From an uncultured Chloroflexia bacterium (lineage in GTDB: Bacteria; Chloroflexota; Limnocylindria; Limnocylindrales; CSP1-4), in the NCBI GenBank assembly GCA_963749705.1, contig CAVVNQ010000004.1, forward strand, positions 128,001 through 192,000: DNA of 64,000 nucleotides, written 5' to 3'. The notes beneath the pieces were generated by a model. The model was not told the DNA's origin and ran no database searches. It worked only from the letters and a program-made list of their open reading frames with translations. The position numbers and the translations under genes were made by a program. Positions 17,177-27,110 of this stretch are shown here, piece after piece (position 1 is the first letter of the stretch; the number at the start of each line of letters is the position of its first letter).

Positions 17177-19375
17177 CTAGCCCTCCCAGCCGCCGGCCAG
17201 GACGGGCAACCGGTCCCGCCAGGCACGACCCGCGATGGCACTCACCAGGATCGCCCCTTCCCGGATGCCCGCCTCGGACACGCGCAGGCGGTCGACGCCG
17301 TACCGGTCCAGGATCGCGTCCACGATCACGGCGCCGGCCGGCAGGATCCTGGCCCGGGTGTGGCGGAGCGTGTGACGCGCCGCGGTGTCGGCACTGGTCC
17401 CGACCGTCAGCATCGCGAGCGCGATCGTCACGCGGCGGCTGGTGAGGATGCTGTCGGACGTCCGTCCCGGCAGGATCCGCAACAGGTTGGACGCGGTTCC
17501 GCCGACCGCGACCATCTCCTCGGGACGGGCGTCGGGCGCGTCGGCGATGACGCGTCGAGCGTCGATGACCATGGCGTCGATCTCGTCCATCGTGGGCGGA
17601 TCGGATCGAACGTGATCCTGCGTCAGGCGCGCTGATCCGAGCGGCAGGCCGATGCACCGGGCGGGCTCGCCCGGCGAGGAGACGACGATCTCGGAGCTGC
17701 CGCCGCCGATGTCGACGACCATGATCTCGCGACCGGCGGCCCGTCCCATCGTGACGCCCGCCAGCGTGAGCATGCCCTCTTCACGGTGGTCGAGGACGTA
17801 CAGCGGCAGGCCAGTACGCGCCTCGACGTCGCGGACGAGGATCGCGGCATCGGCGGCGCGCCGGATCGGCTCGGTGCCCATCAGCACGACCTCGACGGCA
17901 CCGAGGTTCCGGGCGGCCTCCGCGTATGTCGCCAGGGCAGCGACGAGGTCATCGCGCGCGGTCGCACCGAGGAAGCCATCCGTCGCCACGCGATCGCCCA
18001 GCCCGAGGAACACCAATTCGTCGAGCATCGGATCGAGCTGGTGGCCCCCGGCCGCGGCGACCAGGAGATGGACGCTGTTGGCGCCGATGTCGATGGATGC
18101 ACCGACGACGAGCTCGGGACCGGTCACCAGCAGCGGCCGGGAGATCTCGATCACGGTCACCGACGGTCCCTGGGGCTCCAACCCGGCGGCGGCTGCCGGC
18201 GGCAGGTCAGCTGCGAGCTCCGGCTCGGCGGCGGTGGACGGTTCGGGGGCGGCGGACGGTTCGTCCGGCGCGACGGGGGCCACGTCGTAGGCGTCCGGAA
18301 CATCGTCATCGGGACTCGACATGTACGGCGGCGCGACCTGGGCGTCAAAGGCGAAGCCGGTTCGATCGGGTGACATGGCGAATGGCGGCTCGACCGGCCA
18401 CGGATCGGACGGCGTTGCGAACGCCGGCTGCCGTGGTCCTGGCTCGGGTTCGGGTTCCGCCTCGAGGGGCGGCTCAGGTTCGAGCTCGAGGGCCGGCTCG
18501 GGCTCAGACTCCGGTTCCGGCTCCAGGGCGAGTTCGGGCTCGGGTTCGGGCTCGAGGGCGAGTTCGGGCTCCGGCTCGATGGCAGGTTCGGGCTCGAGGG
18601 CGAGTTCGGGCTCCGGCTCGATGGCCGGTTCGGGCTCGAGGGCAGGTTCGGGTTCGGGCTCGGGTTCGGGCTCGGGCTCGGGCGCCGATCCGACCTCGGG
18701 TTCCGATTCGACCTCGGCCTCCGGTTCGGGGTCGCGCTCGCGCCGCCCGACACGGTCGACGATCCGCGACGCAGCGGGCTCAGCGGTCTGGCGGACGAGA
18801 TCGGCGACCTCCTGGAGCACCGCTTCGGCAGCTGCGGCCATCTCGCCCGATTGCTCTGCCTGCTCCGGTACGGGCTCGGGCGCGGGCACGGCGACCCGCG
18901 CCGCGCGCTCTCGCTTGACCCGCCGAGCATCCGCATGCACATCGACCGCCGTTGCGGCGACGTCCGCGGCCGTTCGTTCGATCCTGCGGGCTGCTTTCGC
19001 CGCCCGCTTTGCTGCCTTGGCCGCCCGTTGCGCCGCCTTCTCGGCGGCGGCCGCCTCCCGCCGCGCCGCCCTGGCCCGCCGTTTCGCTTCCTTCCTTATG
19101 GCCTTCCGTTCCGCCTTGCGCGCGGCCTTGCGGGCGGCTTTCGCCTTCTTCGCGGCGCGCCTGCCGGCCTTTGCCTCGCGCTTCGACATTGCGTCGTCGG
19201 CCGGCTCCTGGTCCGGCGTCTCGCGGACGCCGCCCGCGCGCGGCAACCCTGTGCCCGTCGGCGGCACGTCCAGACCACCCGGCGCGCCCGCAAACGGGTT
19301 GTCGAGCCCGCTCGTCTCGCCGCTCCGACGCCAGTCGGTCCTGTCGTGATCACCCACCGCACAAGTCTGCCCCAC
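17177..19375 (-). CDS. Ppx/GppA-family exopolyphosphatase with a ~400-aa low-complexity N-terminal extension
   Basis: C-terminal domain has [31 protein letters not shown] and GIREG. Start uncertain (19375, 19357 or 19189). Confidence 0.8.
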   Translation of the reverse strand: MGQTCAVGDHDRTDWRRSGETSGLDNPFAGAPGGLDVPPTGTGLPRAGGVRETPDQEPADDAMSKREAKAGRRAAKKAKAARKAARKAERKAIRKEAKRRARAARREAAAAEKAAQRAAKAAKRAAKAARRIERTAADVAATAVDVHADARRVKRERAARVAVPAPEPVPEQAEQSGEMAAAAEAVLQEVADLVRQTAEPAASRIVDRVGRRERDPEPEAEVESEPEVGSAPEPEPEPEPEPEPALEPEPAIEPEPELALEPEPAIEPEPELALEPEPEPELALEPEPESEPEPALELEPEPPLEAEPEPEPGPRQPAFATPSDPWPVEPPFAMSPDRTGFAFDAQVAPPYMSSPDDDVPDAYDVAPVAPDEPSAAPEPSTAAEPELAADLPPAAAAGLEPQGPSVTVIEISRPLLVTGPELVVGASIDIGANSVHLLVAAAGGHQLDPMLDELVFLGLGDRVATDGFLGATARDDLVAALATYAEAARNLGAVEVVLMGTEPIRRAADAAILVRDVEARTGLPLYVLDHREEGMLTLAGVTMGRAAGREIMVVDIGGGSSEIVVSSPGEPARCIGLPLGSARLTQDHVRSDPPTMDEIDAMVIDARRVIADAPDARPEEMVAVGGTASNLLRILPGRTSDSILTSRRVTIALAMLTVGTSADTAARHTLRHTRARILPAGAVIVDAILDRYGVDRLRVSEAGIREGAILVSAIAGRAWRDRLPVLAGGWEG
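18440..18740. repeat. Pro-Glu (PE)n low-complexity coding repeat
   Basis: Runs of (c/t)tcggg hexamers encoding PEPEPE and [14 protein letters not shown] on the minus strand. Confidence 0.9.
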
Positions 19376-19502
19376 CCGCGGCCACCCTGCGAGGCCGGCG
19401 TGACCGCATGACGTGCTGCGGCGCCCGATCGCTCACGTTCGATGACCGACCCGGAACGGGACCGCGATTCGTGCACGGATCCCGAGCGGCATCCACCGAA
19501 GC

Positions 19503-19524
19503 GTTAACCCGCACTTAACGGTCC
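19503..19524 (+). promoter_or_regulatory. Candidate Pho box (two TTAAC direct repeats, 11-bp period) upstream of pstS
   Basis: gTTAACccgca cTTAACggtcc, about 100 bp upstream of pstS. AT-rich words in a GC-rich context. Confidence 0.5.
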
Positions 19525-19622
19525 GCACATCAGCCGTTGACGGCCGGGCTCGAACGTGAGAGCGGCAAGAGACGGAATCACTGCACGGCGCGTGGCGCCG
19601 GCCAACCCACGGAGGAGTCCTG

Positions 19623-20774
19623 GTGACCATCACCCCTGCGAGGCGCCTCGGCGCGATCGCCCTCGCCGCGACCATGTTCGTCGCCGCCTGCGGCGGCTCC
19701 GGCGCCACCACCGCGCCCACCGACCAGTCGGCGGCAAGCATGGCTCCCGGATCCTCGGGCGACGCGATGACCGGACCCGAGCCCGGCACGGCGAGCCTCG
19801 TGCTCCAGGGCGCCGGTGCCACCTTCCCGGCCCCCCTGTACCAGGTCTGGTTCGAGAAGTACACGGAGCTGCACGGCAACATCCAGTTCGACTACCAGGC
19901 GATCGGCTCCGGCGGTGGCATCAAGGCCATCACCGAGCAGACCGTGGACTTCGGCGCATCCGATGCAGCGATGAAGGACAGCGAGATCTCCGCGCTCCCG
20001 GCCGGCGTCACGCTGCTCCATGTCCCGACCGCGCTGGGCGCCGTCGTGGTGATCTTTAACGTCCCGGGCGTGACCGACCTGAACCTCGACGCCGACGCGG
20101 TGGCCGGGATCTTCCTGGGCACGATCACCAACTGGAACGACCCGAAGATCGCGGCGCTCAATCCCGGCGTCACGCTCCCCGACCTCGCGGTCACGGTCGT
20201 CCATCGCAGCGACGGCTCGGGCACGACCAACGCCTTCACCACCTACCTCGACACGGTCAGCCCTGACTGGCACGCGGGTCCCGGTGCGGGCAAGGAGGTC
20301 AACTGGCCGGTGGGCATCGGTGCCCCGGGCAACGACGGCGTCGCCGGCGGCGTCAAGCAGACCGACGGGACGGTGGGCTACGTCGAGCTCAACTACGCCG
20401 CGCAGGCCGGGCTGACGTCGGCCAAGGTCAAGAACGCCGACGGCCAGTTCGTCGCCGGATCGACCGCCGGCGTCACCGCTGCCGCGGAAGCCGCCGCCAC
20501 CACCTTCCCCGCCGACTTCCGCCAGGCCCCGATCATCAACGGTGCGGGCGCCTCGACCTATCCGATCGCTTCCTACACCTACCTGCTGATCCCGGTCGAC
20601 TGGACCGACGCTGACAAGGCGCAGGCGATGGTCGCGTTCACCTACTGGGCGCTGACCGACGGCCAGGCGGACGAGGACGGGCTGGGCTACGCACCGCTCC
20701 CCGCCCCGATCCAGCAGAAGTCGCTCGACGAGCTCCACAAGGTCATGGCCAACGGGTCCGCCGTCTGGCCCTGA
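19623..20774 (+). CDS. pstS: Phosphate ABC transporter substrate-binding lipoprotein
   Basis: Lipobox FVAAC, GAGATFPAPLY, GSGGG, DFGASD and RSDGSGTT. GGAGG RBS. Confidence 0.96.
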   Translation: MTITPARRLGAIALAATMFVAACGGSGATTAPTDQSAASMAPGSSGDAMTGPEPGTASLVLQGAGATFPAPLYQVWFEKYTELHGNIQFDYQAIGSGGGIKAITEQTVDFGASDAAMKDSEISALPAGVTLLHVPTALGAVVVIFNVPGVTDLNLDADAVAGIFLGTITNWNDPKIAALNPGVTLPDLAVTVVHRSDGSGTTNAFTTYLDTVSPDWHAGPGAGKEVNWPVGIGAPGNDGVAGGVKQTDGTVGYVELNYAAQAGLTSAKVKNADGQFVAGSTAGVTAAAEAAATTFPADFRQAPIINGAGASTYPIASYTYLLIPVDWTDADKAQAMVAFTYWALTDGQADEDGLGYAPLPAPIQQKSLDELHKVMANGSAVWP

Positions 20775-20800
20775 GCCAATCCCTCGCACTCCCTCCTCCG

Positions 20801-20836
20801 CCGACCGGTCCCGCATCTCGGAGCGGGACCGGTCGG
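20801..20836 (+). terminator. Perfect 14-bp stem-loop between pstS and pstC (mRNA stabiliser or partial terminator)
   Basis: ccgaccggtcccgc-atctcgga-gcgggaccggtcgg. No U-tract. Confidence 0.55.
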
Positions 20837-20897
20837 TCCCGTTCGTCGGCACTACCCTTGGCAACGTGACCCTTCCCCGCCATTCGAGGATCACCGC

Positions 20898-21860
20898 ATG
20901 ACGACGCTCCAGGTCCCCGGACGACGGCTTGCCTCCGGCTCGGGCAAGGTCGCCGACCGCCTGTTCCGTGGCGGATCGGGCCTCGCCGCGTATGCGGTCG
21001 TCGGGATCCTGATCCTGCTGGCGGCGATGCTGACGCTGAGCAGCACCGAGGCCCTGACGCACTTCGGGATCGTCGAGTTCATCACGGGCACGACCTGGGA
21101 CCCGGTCAACCGGATCTTCGGTGCGCTGCCGTACATCGTCGGCACGCTCCTGTCCGCCGCGATCGCGCTGGTCATCGCCACACCGATCGCGCTGCTCACC
21201 GCGATCTACCTCTCGGAGCTCGCGCCGCGCCGGGTCGCGATCCCGCTCACGTTCCTGGTCGAGCTGATCGCAGCGGTCCCATCCGTCGTCATCGGCCTGT
21301 GGGGCGTGTTCGTGCTGACGCCGTTCCTCAAGCTGACCGTCGAGTCCTTCCTCGTGAGCACCCTCGGCGGCTCGATCAGCATCTTCGAGGGGCCGCCGCT
21401 GGGGATCGGGCTGTTCGCCGCCGGCGTCATCCTCGCGATCATGATCCTGCCCACCATCGTGTCCGTCTCGCGCGAGGTCATCACCTCGGTGCCGATGGCC
21501 CAGCGCGAAGCAATGTTCGCCCTCGGCGCCACGCGCTGGGAGGTGGTCACCAGGGCCGTCCTGCCGGCGGCCAGGTCGGGCATCGCCGGGGCGGTGATCC
21601 TGGGCCTGGGCCGCGCGCTGGGCGAGACGATGGCCGTGACCATGGTCATCGGCAACGCGCAGGACATCCCGACGTCGCTGTTCGACCAGTCGCAGACCAT
21701 CGCGTCCAAGATCGCGACGACCTTCAACGAGGCGTCGGTCGGGCTCCAGACCTCGAGCCTCATCGCCCTCGGCCTGATCCTGCTGGTGCTGACGATCGGG
21801 CTCAACATCGTGGCCCGGTTGCTGGTGTGGCGGGTCGCCGGCGCGGTCGGCACGGAGTGA
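20898..21860 (+). CDS. pstC: Phosphate ABC transporter permease PstC
   Basis: ELIAAVPSVVIGLWG, EAMFALGATRWE and GRALGETMAV. Confidence 0.95.
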   Translation: MTTLQVPGRRLASGSGKVADRLFRGGSGLAAYAVVGILILLAAMLTLSSTEALTHFGIVEFITGTTWDPVNRIFGALPYIVGTLLSAAIALVIATPIALLTAIYLSELAPRRVAIPLTFLVELIAAVPSVVIGLWGVFVLTPFLKLTVESFLVSTLGGSISIFEGPPLGIGLFAAGVILAIMILPTIVSVSREVITSVPMAQREAMFALGATRWEVVTRAVLPAARSGIAGAVILGLGRALGETMAVTMVIGNAQDIPTSLFDQSQTIASKIATTFNEASVGLQTSSLIALGLILLVLTIGLNIVARLLVWRVAGAVGTE

Positions 21861-21864
21861 TGGC

Positions 21865-22753
21865 ATGACCGCAGGCTCCCCCGCCGTCGCTGCCCGGGGC
21901 GTGCTCAGGAGGTCGGCGTCCGATCGTCGCCGCAGCCTGGTCGACCGCACGTTCCGCGCCATCGCGCTGCTCGCAGCGATCAGCGGGATCGTGCCGCTCG
22001 CGTTCATCGTCGCGTTCGTGACGATCAACGGCATCGGTGCCCTCAACCTCGACCTGCTGACCAGGCCGCCGAAGGCGCTTGGGCGTCGGCGGGGGTGCGC
22101 TGGCGGCGATCCTTGGCTCGCTCCAGCTGGTCGGCCTGGCCACGCTGCTGGCGGTCCCGTTCGGGATCCTCGCCGGCGTGTACGTCAACGAGTTCAGCGA
22201 CCGGCGGTCCGCCCGCGTGATCCGGTTCGCGGCCGACGTCCTGGTGGGCGTCCCGTCGATCCTGGTCGGGATCTTCGTGTTCAGCTTCCTGGTGCTGCCG
22301 TTCAAGCAGTTCAACGCGTTCGCCGGCGCGGTGGCCCTGGCCGTGATCATGGTCCCGGTGATCATGCGCACGACCGAGGAGATGCTCAAGATCGTCCCCG
22401 GCACGCTCCGGGAGGCGTCGCTGTCGCTGGGCATCCCGGTCTGGCGGACGGTGCTCTCGGTCGTCATCCCCACCGGGCTGTCCGGGATCCTGACCGGCCT
22501 CATGCTGGCCATCGCCCGCGCGATGGGCGAGACTGCTCCCCTGCTGTTCACGGCACTCGGCAGCCGCCTCGTGAACGTGGGTGACTTCGGGCGGCCGATG
22601 GACGCCCTGCCGATCTTCATCTATGTCAATGCCCGGCAGCCGTACGAGGCGCTGAACCAGCAGGCCTGGGGTGCCGCATTCCTGCTGCTGGCATTCGTGC
22701 TCGTGATCAACGTCCTGGTGCGGTTCCGCACCTGGGGCCAGCGGGCCGGTTGA
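21865..22753 (+). pseudogene. pstA: Phosphate ABC permease PstA split by a +1 frameshift near 22080 (real lesion or sequencing error)
   Basis: N-part in ORF 21865 (..LLTRPPKAL); C-part in ORF 22079 (GVGGGALAAILGS..GVPSILVG..ARAMGETAPLL). Deleting one base from ctt-ggg joins them. Confidence 0.85.
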
Positions 22754-22760
22754 GGGAGCC

Positions 22761-23738
22761 ATGACCGTGAACCTGACCACACCGCCGAACCTCGAGCCGT
22801 CGACCGAGCCGGGGACGGCGCCGTCGACCGAGCCGGGCGGGGCGTCGCACCAGCCCGCGCGCGATCCCGCGACCCCGTCGGCGTCGGAGGGCGCGGTCGT
22901 CCGGCGCGCGGTGCCGCCCGATCCGGCCGCCCGGGACACGCCGGCGCCGGGTGCCGCCGAGGCGACGAGCGGCAGGATCGAGATCCGGGGCCTGTCCGCG
23001 TACTACGGCTCGTTCAGGGCCGTGCGCGACGTCTCGATGACCATCCGGCCGCACGCGGTCACGGCCATCATCGGGCCGTCCGGCTGTGGCAAGAGCACGT
23101 TCCTGCGAAGCCTCAACCGGATGCACGAGCTGGTCCCCGGCGCCCACATCGAGGGCCAGCTGCTGCTCGACGGCATCGACCTGTACGCCGACGACGTGGA
23201 CCCGGTCCAGCTGCGGCGGGTGATCGGGATGGTGTTCCAGCGGCCGAACCCGTTCCCCACCATGTCGATCTACGACAACGTGGTCGCGGGGCTGCGGCTC
23301 ACGGGGCGTCACCCCCGGTCATTGCTCGACGAGACGGTCGAGCGCTGCCTCCGGTCCGCGGCCCTGTGGGACGACGTGAAGGACAAGCTCCGGCAGCCCG
23401 GAACGTCGCTGTCGGGCGGCCAGCAGCAGCGGCTGTGCATCGCGCGCGCCCTGGCGGTGGACCCGGCCGTGCTGCTGATGGACGAGCCGGCGTCCGCGCT
23501 CGACCCGGTCGCGACGCTGCGGATCGAGGAGCTGATGCACGAGCTGCGGGCCAACTACACGATCGTGATCGTGACCCACAACATGCAGCAGGCGGCCCGG
23601 GTGAGCGATCAGACGGCGTTCTTCAACATGGACGACGACCGGGCGGGCTACCTTGTGGAGATGGCCGACACGACCACGATCTTCACCAACCCGGCCGACC
23701 GGCTGACCGAGGACTACGTGTCCGGCCGGTTCGGCTGA
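22761..23738 (+). CDS. pstB: Phosphate ABC transporter ATPase
   Basis: [45 protein letters not shown] and [10 protein letters not shown]. Confidence 0.96.
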   Translation: MTVNLTTPPNLEPSTEPGTAPSTEPGGASHQPARDPATPSASEGAVVRRAVPPDPAARDTPAPGAAEATSGRIEIRGLSAYYGSFRAVRDVSMTIRPHAVTAIIGPSGCGKSTFLRSLNRMHELVPGAHIEGQLLLDGIDLYADDVDPVQLRRVIGMVFQRPNPFPTMSIYDNVVAGLRLTGRHPRSLLDETVERCLRSAALWDDVKDKLRQPGTSLSGGQQQRLCIARALAVDPAVLLMDEPASALDPVATLRIEELMHELRANYTIVIVTHNMQQAARVSDQTAFFNMDDDRAGYLVEMADTTTIFTNPADRLTEDYVSGRFG

Positions 23739-23752
23739 GACGGGAGGCGACG

Positions 23753-24517
23753 ATGACGGACAACGAGACGCCGACCGCGGCCAGCCTCGAGGCGGAGGTC
23801 GCCGCCCTGGCAGAGGCGGCCCGCGACGCGACCATCCCCCTCCCGGCCGAGCCGCGGCACCCGATCCGATCGACGTACGACCGCGAGATCGGCGAGGTCA
23901 AGGACAACGTCCTGCGCATGGGCTCGCTGGTCGAGTCGCAGATCCGTGCCGCGATCGCCGCGCTGATCGCACACGACGCGGATGCGGCGCTGCGGGTGAT
24001 CATCGACGACCGGCAGATCAACGAGGTGCAGCGCAAGGCGACCGCGATGATCGCCGCCGTGATCGCCACCCAGAACCCGGTCGCGCGCGACCTTCGCTAC
24101 CTGCTCACGCTGGACCATGTCTCGTACGAGCTGGAGCGGATGGGCGACCACGCCGGCTCGGTCGCCAAGCAGGCGCGCAAGCTGGCCCCGTATCCCCCGA
24201 TGGGGAACTTCGTGGACCTCCCGACCCTCGGCGAGCGGGTGGCCGAGCTGGTGCACGGGATCATTCGCGCGCTGGTCGAGGTGGACGAGGCCCAGGCGCG
24301 CGAGGTCGCCAGGCTGGACGACCAGGTCGACGACCTGTACCACGCGATCTTCGACCGGGTGCTGGTGCTGATGCGCGACGACCCCGCGAACGTGGAGCCC
24401 GGCACCCGGATCCTGTTCGCCTCGCACTACCTGGAGCGCATCGGGGATCGGGTCACGAACATCGCGGAGGACATCGTGTTCCTGGCCTCCGGCGAGGTCG
24501 AGGACCTCAACCCGTGA
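23753..24517 (+). CDS. phoU: Phosphate signalling protein PhoU
   Basis: QNPVARDLR, ELERMGDHA, DDQVDDLY and LERIGDRVTNIAE. Confidence 0.95.
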   Translation: MTDNETPTAASLEAEVAALAEAARDATIPLPAEPRHPIRSTYDREIGEVKDNVLRMGSLVESQIRAAIAALIAHDADAALRVIIDDRQINEVQRKATAMIAAVIATQNPVARDLRYLLTLDHVSYELERMGDHAGSVAKQARKLAPYPPMGNFVDLPTLGERVAELVHGIIRALVEVDEAQAREVARLDDQVDDLYHAIFDRVLVLMRDDPANVEPGTRILFASHYLERIGDRVTNIAEDIVFLASGEVEDLNP

Positions 24518-25014
24518 CCGCCGATCCGGGGGTCCACCCGCTGTTCCTGCTCCGCCATGCCCACGCCGGCAACCCCCAGCGCTGGCAGGGCGACGACGCG
24601 GATCGTCCCCTGTCCGACAAGGGGCGCGGCCAGGCCGAGCGGCTGGGCCGGCTGCTCGCCGCCATCGACGAGCCGCCGGACCTGTTCATCACCTCGCCCA
24701 AGGTGCGTGCAGAGGAGACGGCACGGATCGTGGCGGCGGCCGTCGGCGCCCCGGTCGCTGTCGATGCCCGCCTGACCGGCCCGCTGGACGCGTCGGTGCT
24801 CGATGACATCCTGGGTGCCGCCGGGCCGGTCGACCGGCCGTGCATCGTCGGCCACGACCCCGACTTCTCGGAGCTGCTGGGCGAGCTGGTCGGGCTGCCG
24901 GGCCTGCCGATGCGCAAGGGCGCGCTCGCCCGGGTGGACCTGCCAGGACGCGCGCCCGCGGGTCGCGGGATCCTGCGCTACCTGGTGCCGCCGGAGCTCG
25001 TGCCGGGCGGGTGA
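24514..25014 (+). CDS. SixA-like phosphohistidine phosphatase
   Basis: LLRHAHA, DADRPLS, TSPKVRAEETA and VGHDP. GTGA overlap with phoU. Confidence 0.85.
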   Translation: MTADPGVHPLFLLRHAHAGNPQRWQGDDADRPLSDKGRGQAERLGRLLAAIDEPPDLFITSPKVRAEETARIVAAAVGAPVAVDARLTGPLDASVLDDILGAAGPVDRPCIVGHDPDFSELLGELVGLPGLPMRKGALARVDLPGRAPAGRGILRYLVPPELVPGG

Positions 25015-25050
25015 GACCGCGGGCGCGGCGGTCGGGGCCGGCGCCGTCCC

Positions 25051-25878
25051 TCAGGCGCGCGTCCACCGCCAGCGCATCTTGTGGGTCAACGGTGACCCCG
25101 GGCCGACCACGTCCGCCTCCCCGTTCAGGGCGTCCGGCGGCCCGCTCTGGGGCTCCACGCAGATCGAGTCATCCGGCTCCGTGTACACGACCCACCAGGC
25201 ACAGTCGGACGACAGCTCGAGCCGCAGCTGGCCGGGCCACACGAGCACCGGGTCACGCTGGAGCCCCGTGAACGCATCGTCCCATGGGCCCGCCGAGGGC
25301 GGCACCCGCCGGCCGCTGGGCATCCCTTCCGCGTCTCGGACCAGCATCTCGTCCGCGGCGAGGTCCAGCGCGACCGGGACCTCGCCGGGCTCGAGGACCC
25401 GGCGGAACCACGGGTGCCAGCCGATCGTCGCGGGCATCGGCTCCGCGGCCTCGAGGGTCATCGTCACCTCGAGCCCGTCCTCGTCCAGCGCGAAATGCTG
25501 CGTCACGGAGCCCTGGAACGGCCACCTGGCGTCGAGGTCGATCGCGATGGTCTTGGGGTCCACCACGCGCCACGGACGGTCGTAGACGACGCCGTGGATG
25601 GCGTGCGGCGGCATGCCCAACGGGAGCTGGTGCTCGCGGCCCGCGAACGAGAACCGGCCATGGCGGACCCGGCCCGCCCACGGGGCCATCGGAAACGCGC
25701 CCCAGTACATGGGCCCGCGGTCGCGATCCGTCACCAGGAGCTCCCGGCTCGCGACGAGCACGGAGGCGAGCCGGCCACCGTGGTGCGCATCGACGACCAC
25801 GCGCGCACCGGCCGCCTCGAGGACGAGGGCGTCCTCTCCCCGGCTGCCATCGCGCACCCCTGCCCGGTTGATCGCCAT
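25051..25878 (-). CDS. Aldose 1-epimerase family protein
   Basis: MAPWAGRV, HAIHG, GWHPWF, WDDAF and ICVEPQ. Confidence 0.88.
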   Translation of the reverse strand: MAINRAGVRDGSRGEDALVLEAAGARVVVDAHHGGRLASVLVASRELLVTDRDRGPMYWGAFPMAPWAGRVRHGRFSFAGREHQLPLGMPPHAIHGVVYDRPWRVVDPKTIAIDLDARWPFQGSVTQHFALDEDGLEVTMTLEAAEPMPATIGWHPWFRRVLEPGEVPVALDLAADEMLVRDAEGMPSGRRVPPSAGPWDDAFTGLQRDPVLVWPGQLRLELSSDCAWWVVYTEPDDSICVEPQSGPPDALNGEADVVGPGSPLTHKMRWRWTRA

Positions 25879-25901
25879 GTTCGTGCTCCGATCGTGGCGG
25901 A

Positions 25902-27056
25902 CTACGGCTGGCCTCCGAGCTGGGCGGGCGTGAAGTGCCCGCTGTCGACCAGCACCTGTCGCGCGTTGTCCATGGTCACGCCGACCACGTCAACCAGGAA
26001 CGATGGAACGATCTTGGTCCCGTTGTTCCAGGTCGACGTGTCATTGACGTCGACCGTCGTGCCCTTGATCGCCTGGTCGACCATCGTCGCGGCCTCGGCC
26101 GCGAGCACGCGCCCGTCCTCGAACACGGTCGAGGTCTGCTCGCCCGCGAGGATGGACTGCGTCGATGCCAGCTCCGCGTCCCGTCCGGTGACCACGGGGC
26201 CGGGCTGGTCTGTGGTGTAGTAGCCGGCCTGCTTGAGCGACGCGATGAGGGCCCGGCTGATGGCGTCGGACGGTGCCAGGACCGCGTCGAGTCGCGTGCC
26301 GGCGTAGTGCTTGGCCAGGATGCCGGCGAGTCGCGTGCCGGCGGTGGCGGGGTCCCAGCCGAGCGTGGCCACCTGCGCCGGGAACTCCGTCTCACCGGAC
26401 TGGACGACGAGCGCGCCGCGGTCGATGAACGGCTGGAGGATCGACATCGCGCCGTCGTGCTGGAGCGCGGCCGTGGCATCGTCGGGTGCGCCGGCGAACA
26501 GCTCGATGTTGAACGGCCCGGCGGCGTTCCTGAGGTCGAGCGTATCGACGATGGACCTTGCCTGGAGGACGCCGACCTTGAAGTCGTCGAAGGTCACGAA
26601 GTAGTCGACGTTCGGCGAGCTCCGGATCAGGCGGGCGTAGGCGACGACCCGGATGCCGGCATCCGAGGCGTGCTGCAGGGTGTCGGTCAGCGTCGTGCCA
26701 TCGACGGGCGCGATCACGAGGGCCTTCGCGCCCTCCTTGATCATCTGCTCGACCTGGGACACCTGGGTTGCCGGGTCATCCGCGGCGAACTGCAGGTCGG
26801 CGGCATGGCCGAGCGCCGACAGCTCGCTCACGAGGCTGTCGCCGGCGGCGGACCAGCGCGATGACGCGCTGGCCGGCAGGGCGATCCCGACCAGCGGACC
26901 CGTCGCGGGGCTCGCGGAACCGGCGGCTGCGGTCGGGGCCCCCGGCGATGGCGTCGGCGTTGCCGTGCCATCGCCGCACGCGGCGACGACGAGGATGCCG
27001 GCCAGCAGGGCGCCGCCGAGCAGCCGCTTCATCCGATGCCGGTTCGCAGTTCCCAT
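25902..27056 (-). CDS. Sugar ABC substrate-binding lipoprotein (ChvE/XylF-like)
   Basis: Lipobox VVAAC, VGIALP..SRW, NIELFAGAPDD, PVVTGRDAE and WNNGTKIVPS. Confidence 0.85.
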   Translation of the reverse strand: MGTANRHRMKRLLGGALLAGILVVAACGDGTATPTPSPGAPTAAAGSASPATGPLVGIALPASASSRWSAAGDSLVSELSALGHAADLQFAADDPATQVSQVEQMIKEGAKALVIAPVDGTTLTDTLQHASDAGIRVVAYARLIRSSPNVDYFVTFDDFKVGVLQARSIVDTLDLRNAAGPFNIELFAGAPDDATAALQHDGAMSILQPFIDRGALVVQSGETEFPAQVATLGWDPATAGTRLAGILAKHYAGTRLDAVLAPSDAISRALIASLKQAGYYTTDQPGPVVTGRDAELASTQSILAGEQTSTVFEDGRVLAAEAATMVDQAIKGTTVDVNDTSTWNNGTKIVPSFLVDVVGVTMDNARQVLVDSGHFTPAQLGGQP

Positions 27057-27110
27057 CGCCGCTCACGGTACCCGATCATCCGCGACGGCCTGCGGCGGCC
27101 ACGATGGCGG

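Noticed and set aside
22070-22095. Programmed ribosomal frameshift in pstA
   Set aside because: No recognisable slippery heptamer or stimulatory element, and no precedent known to me for pstA. An indel is simpler.
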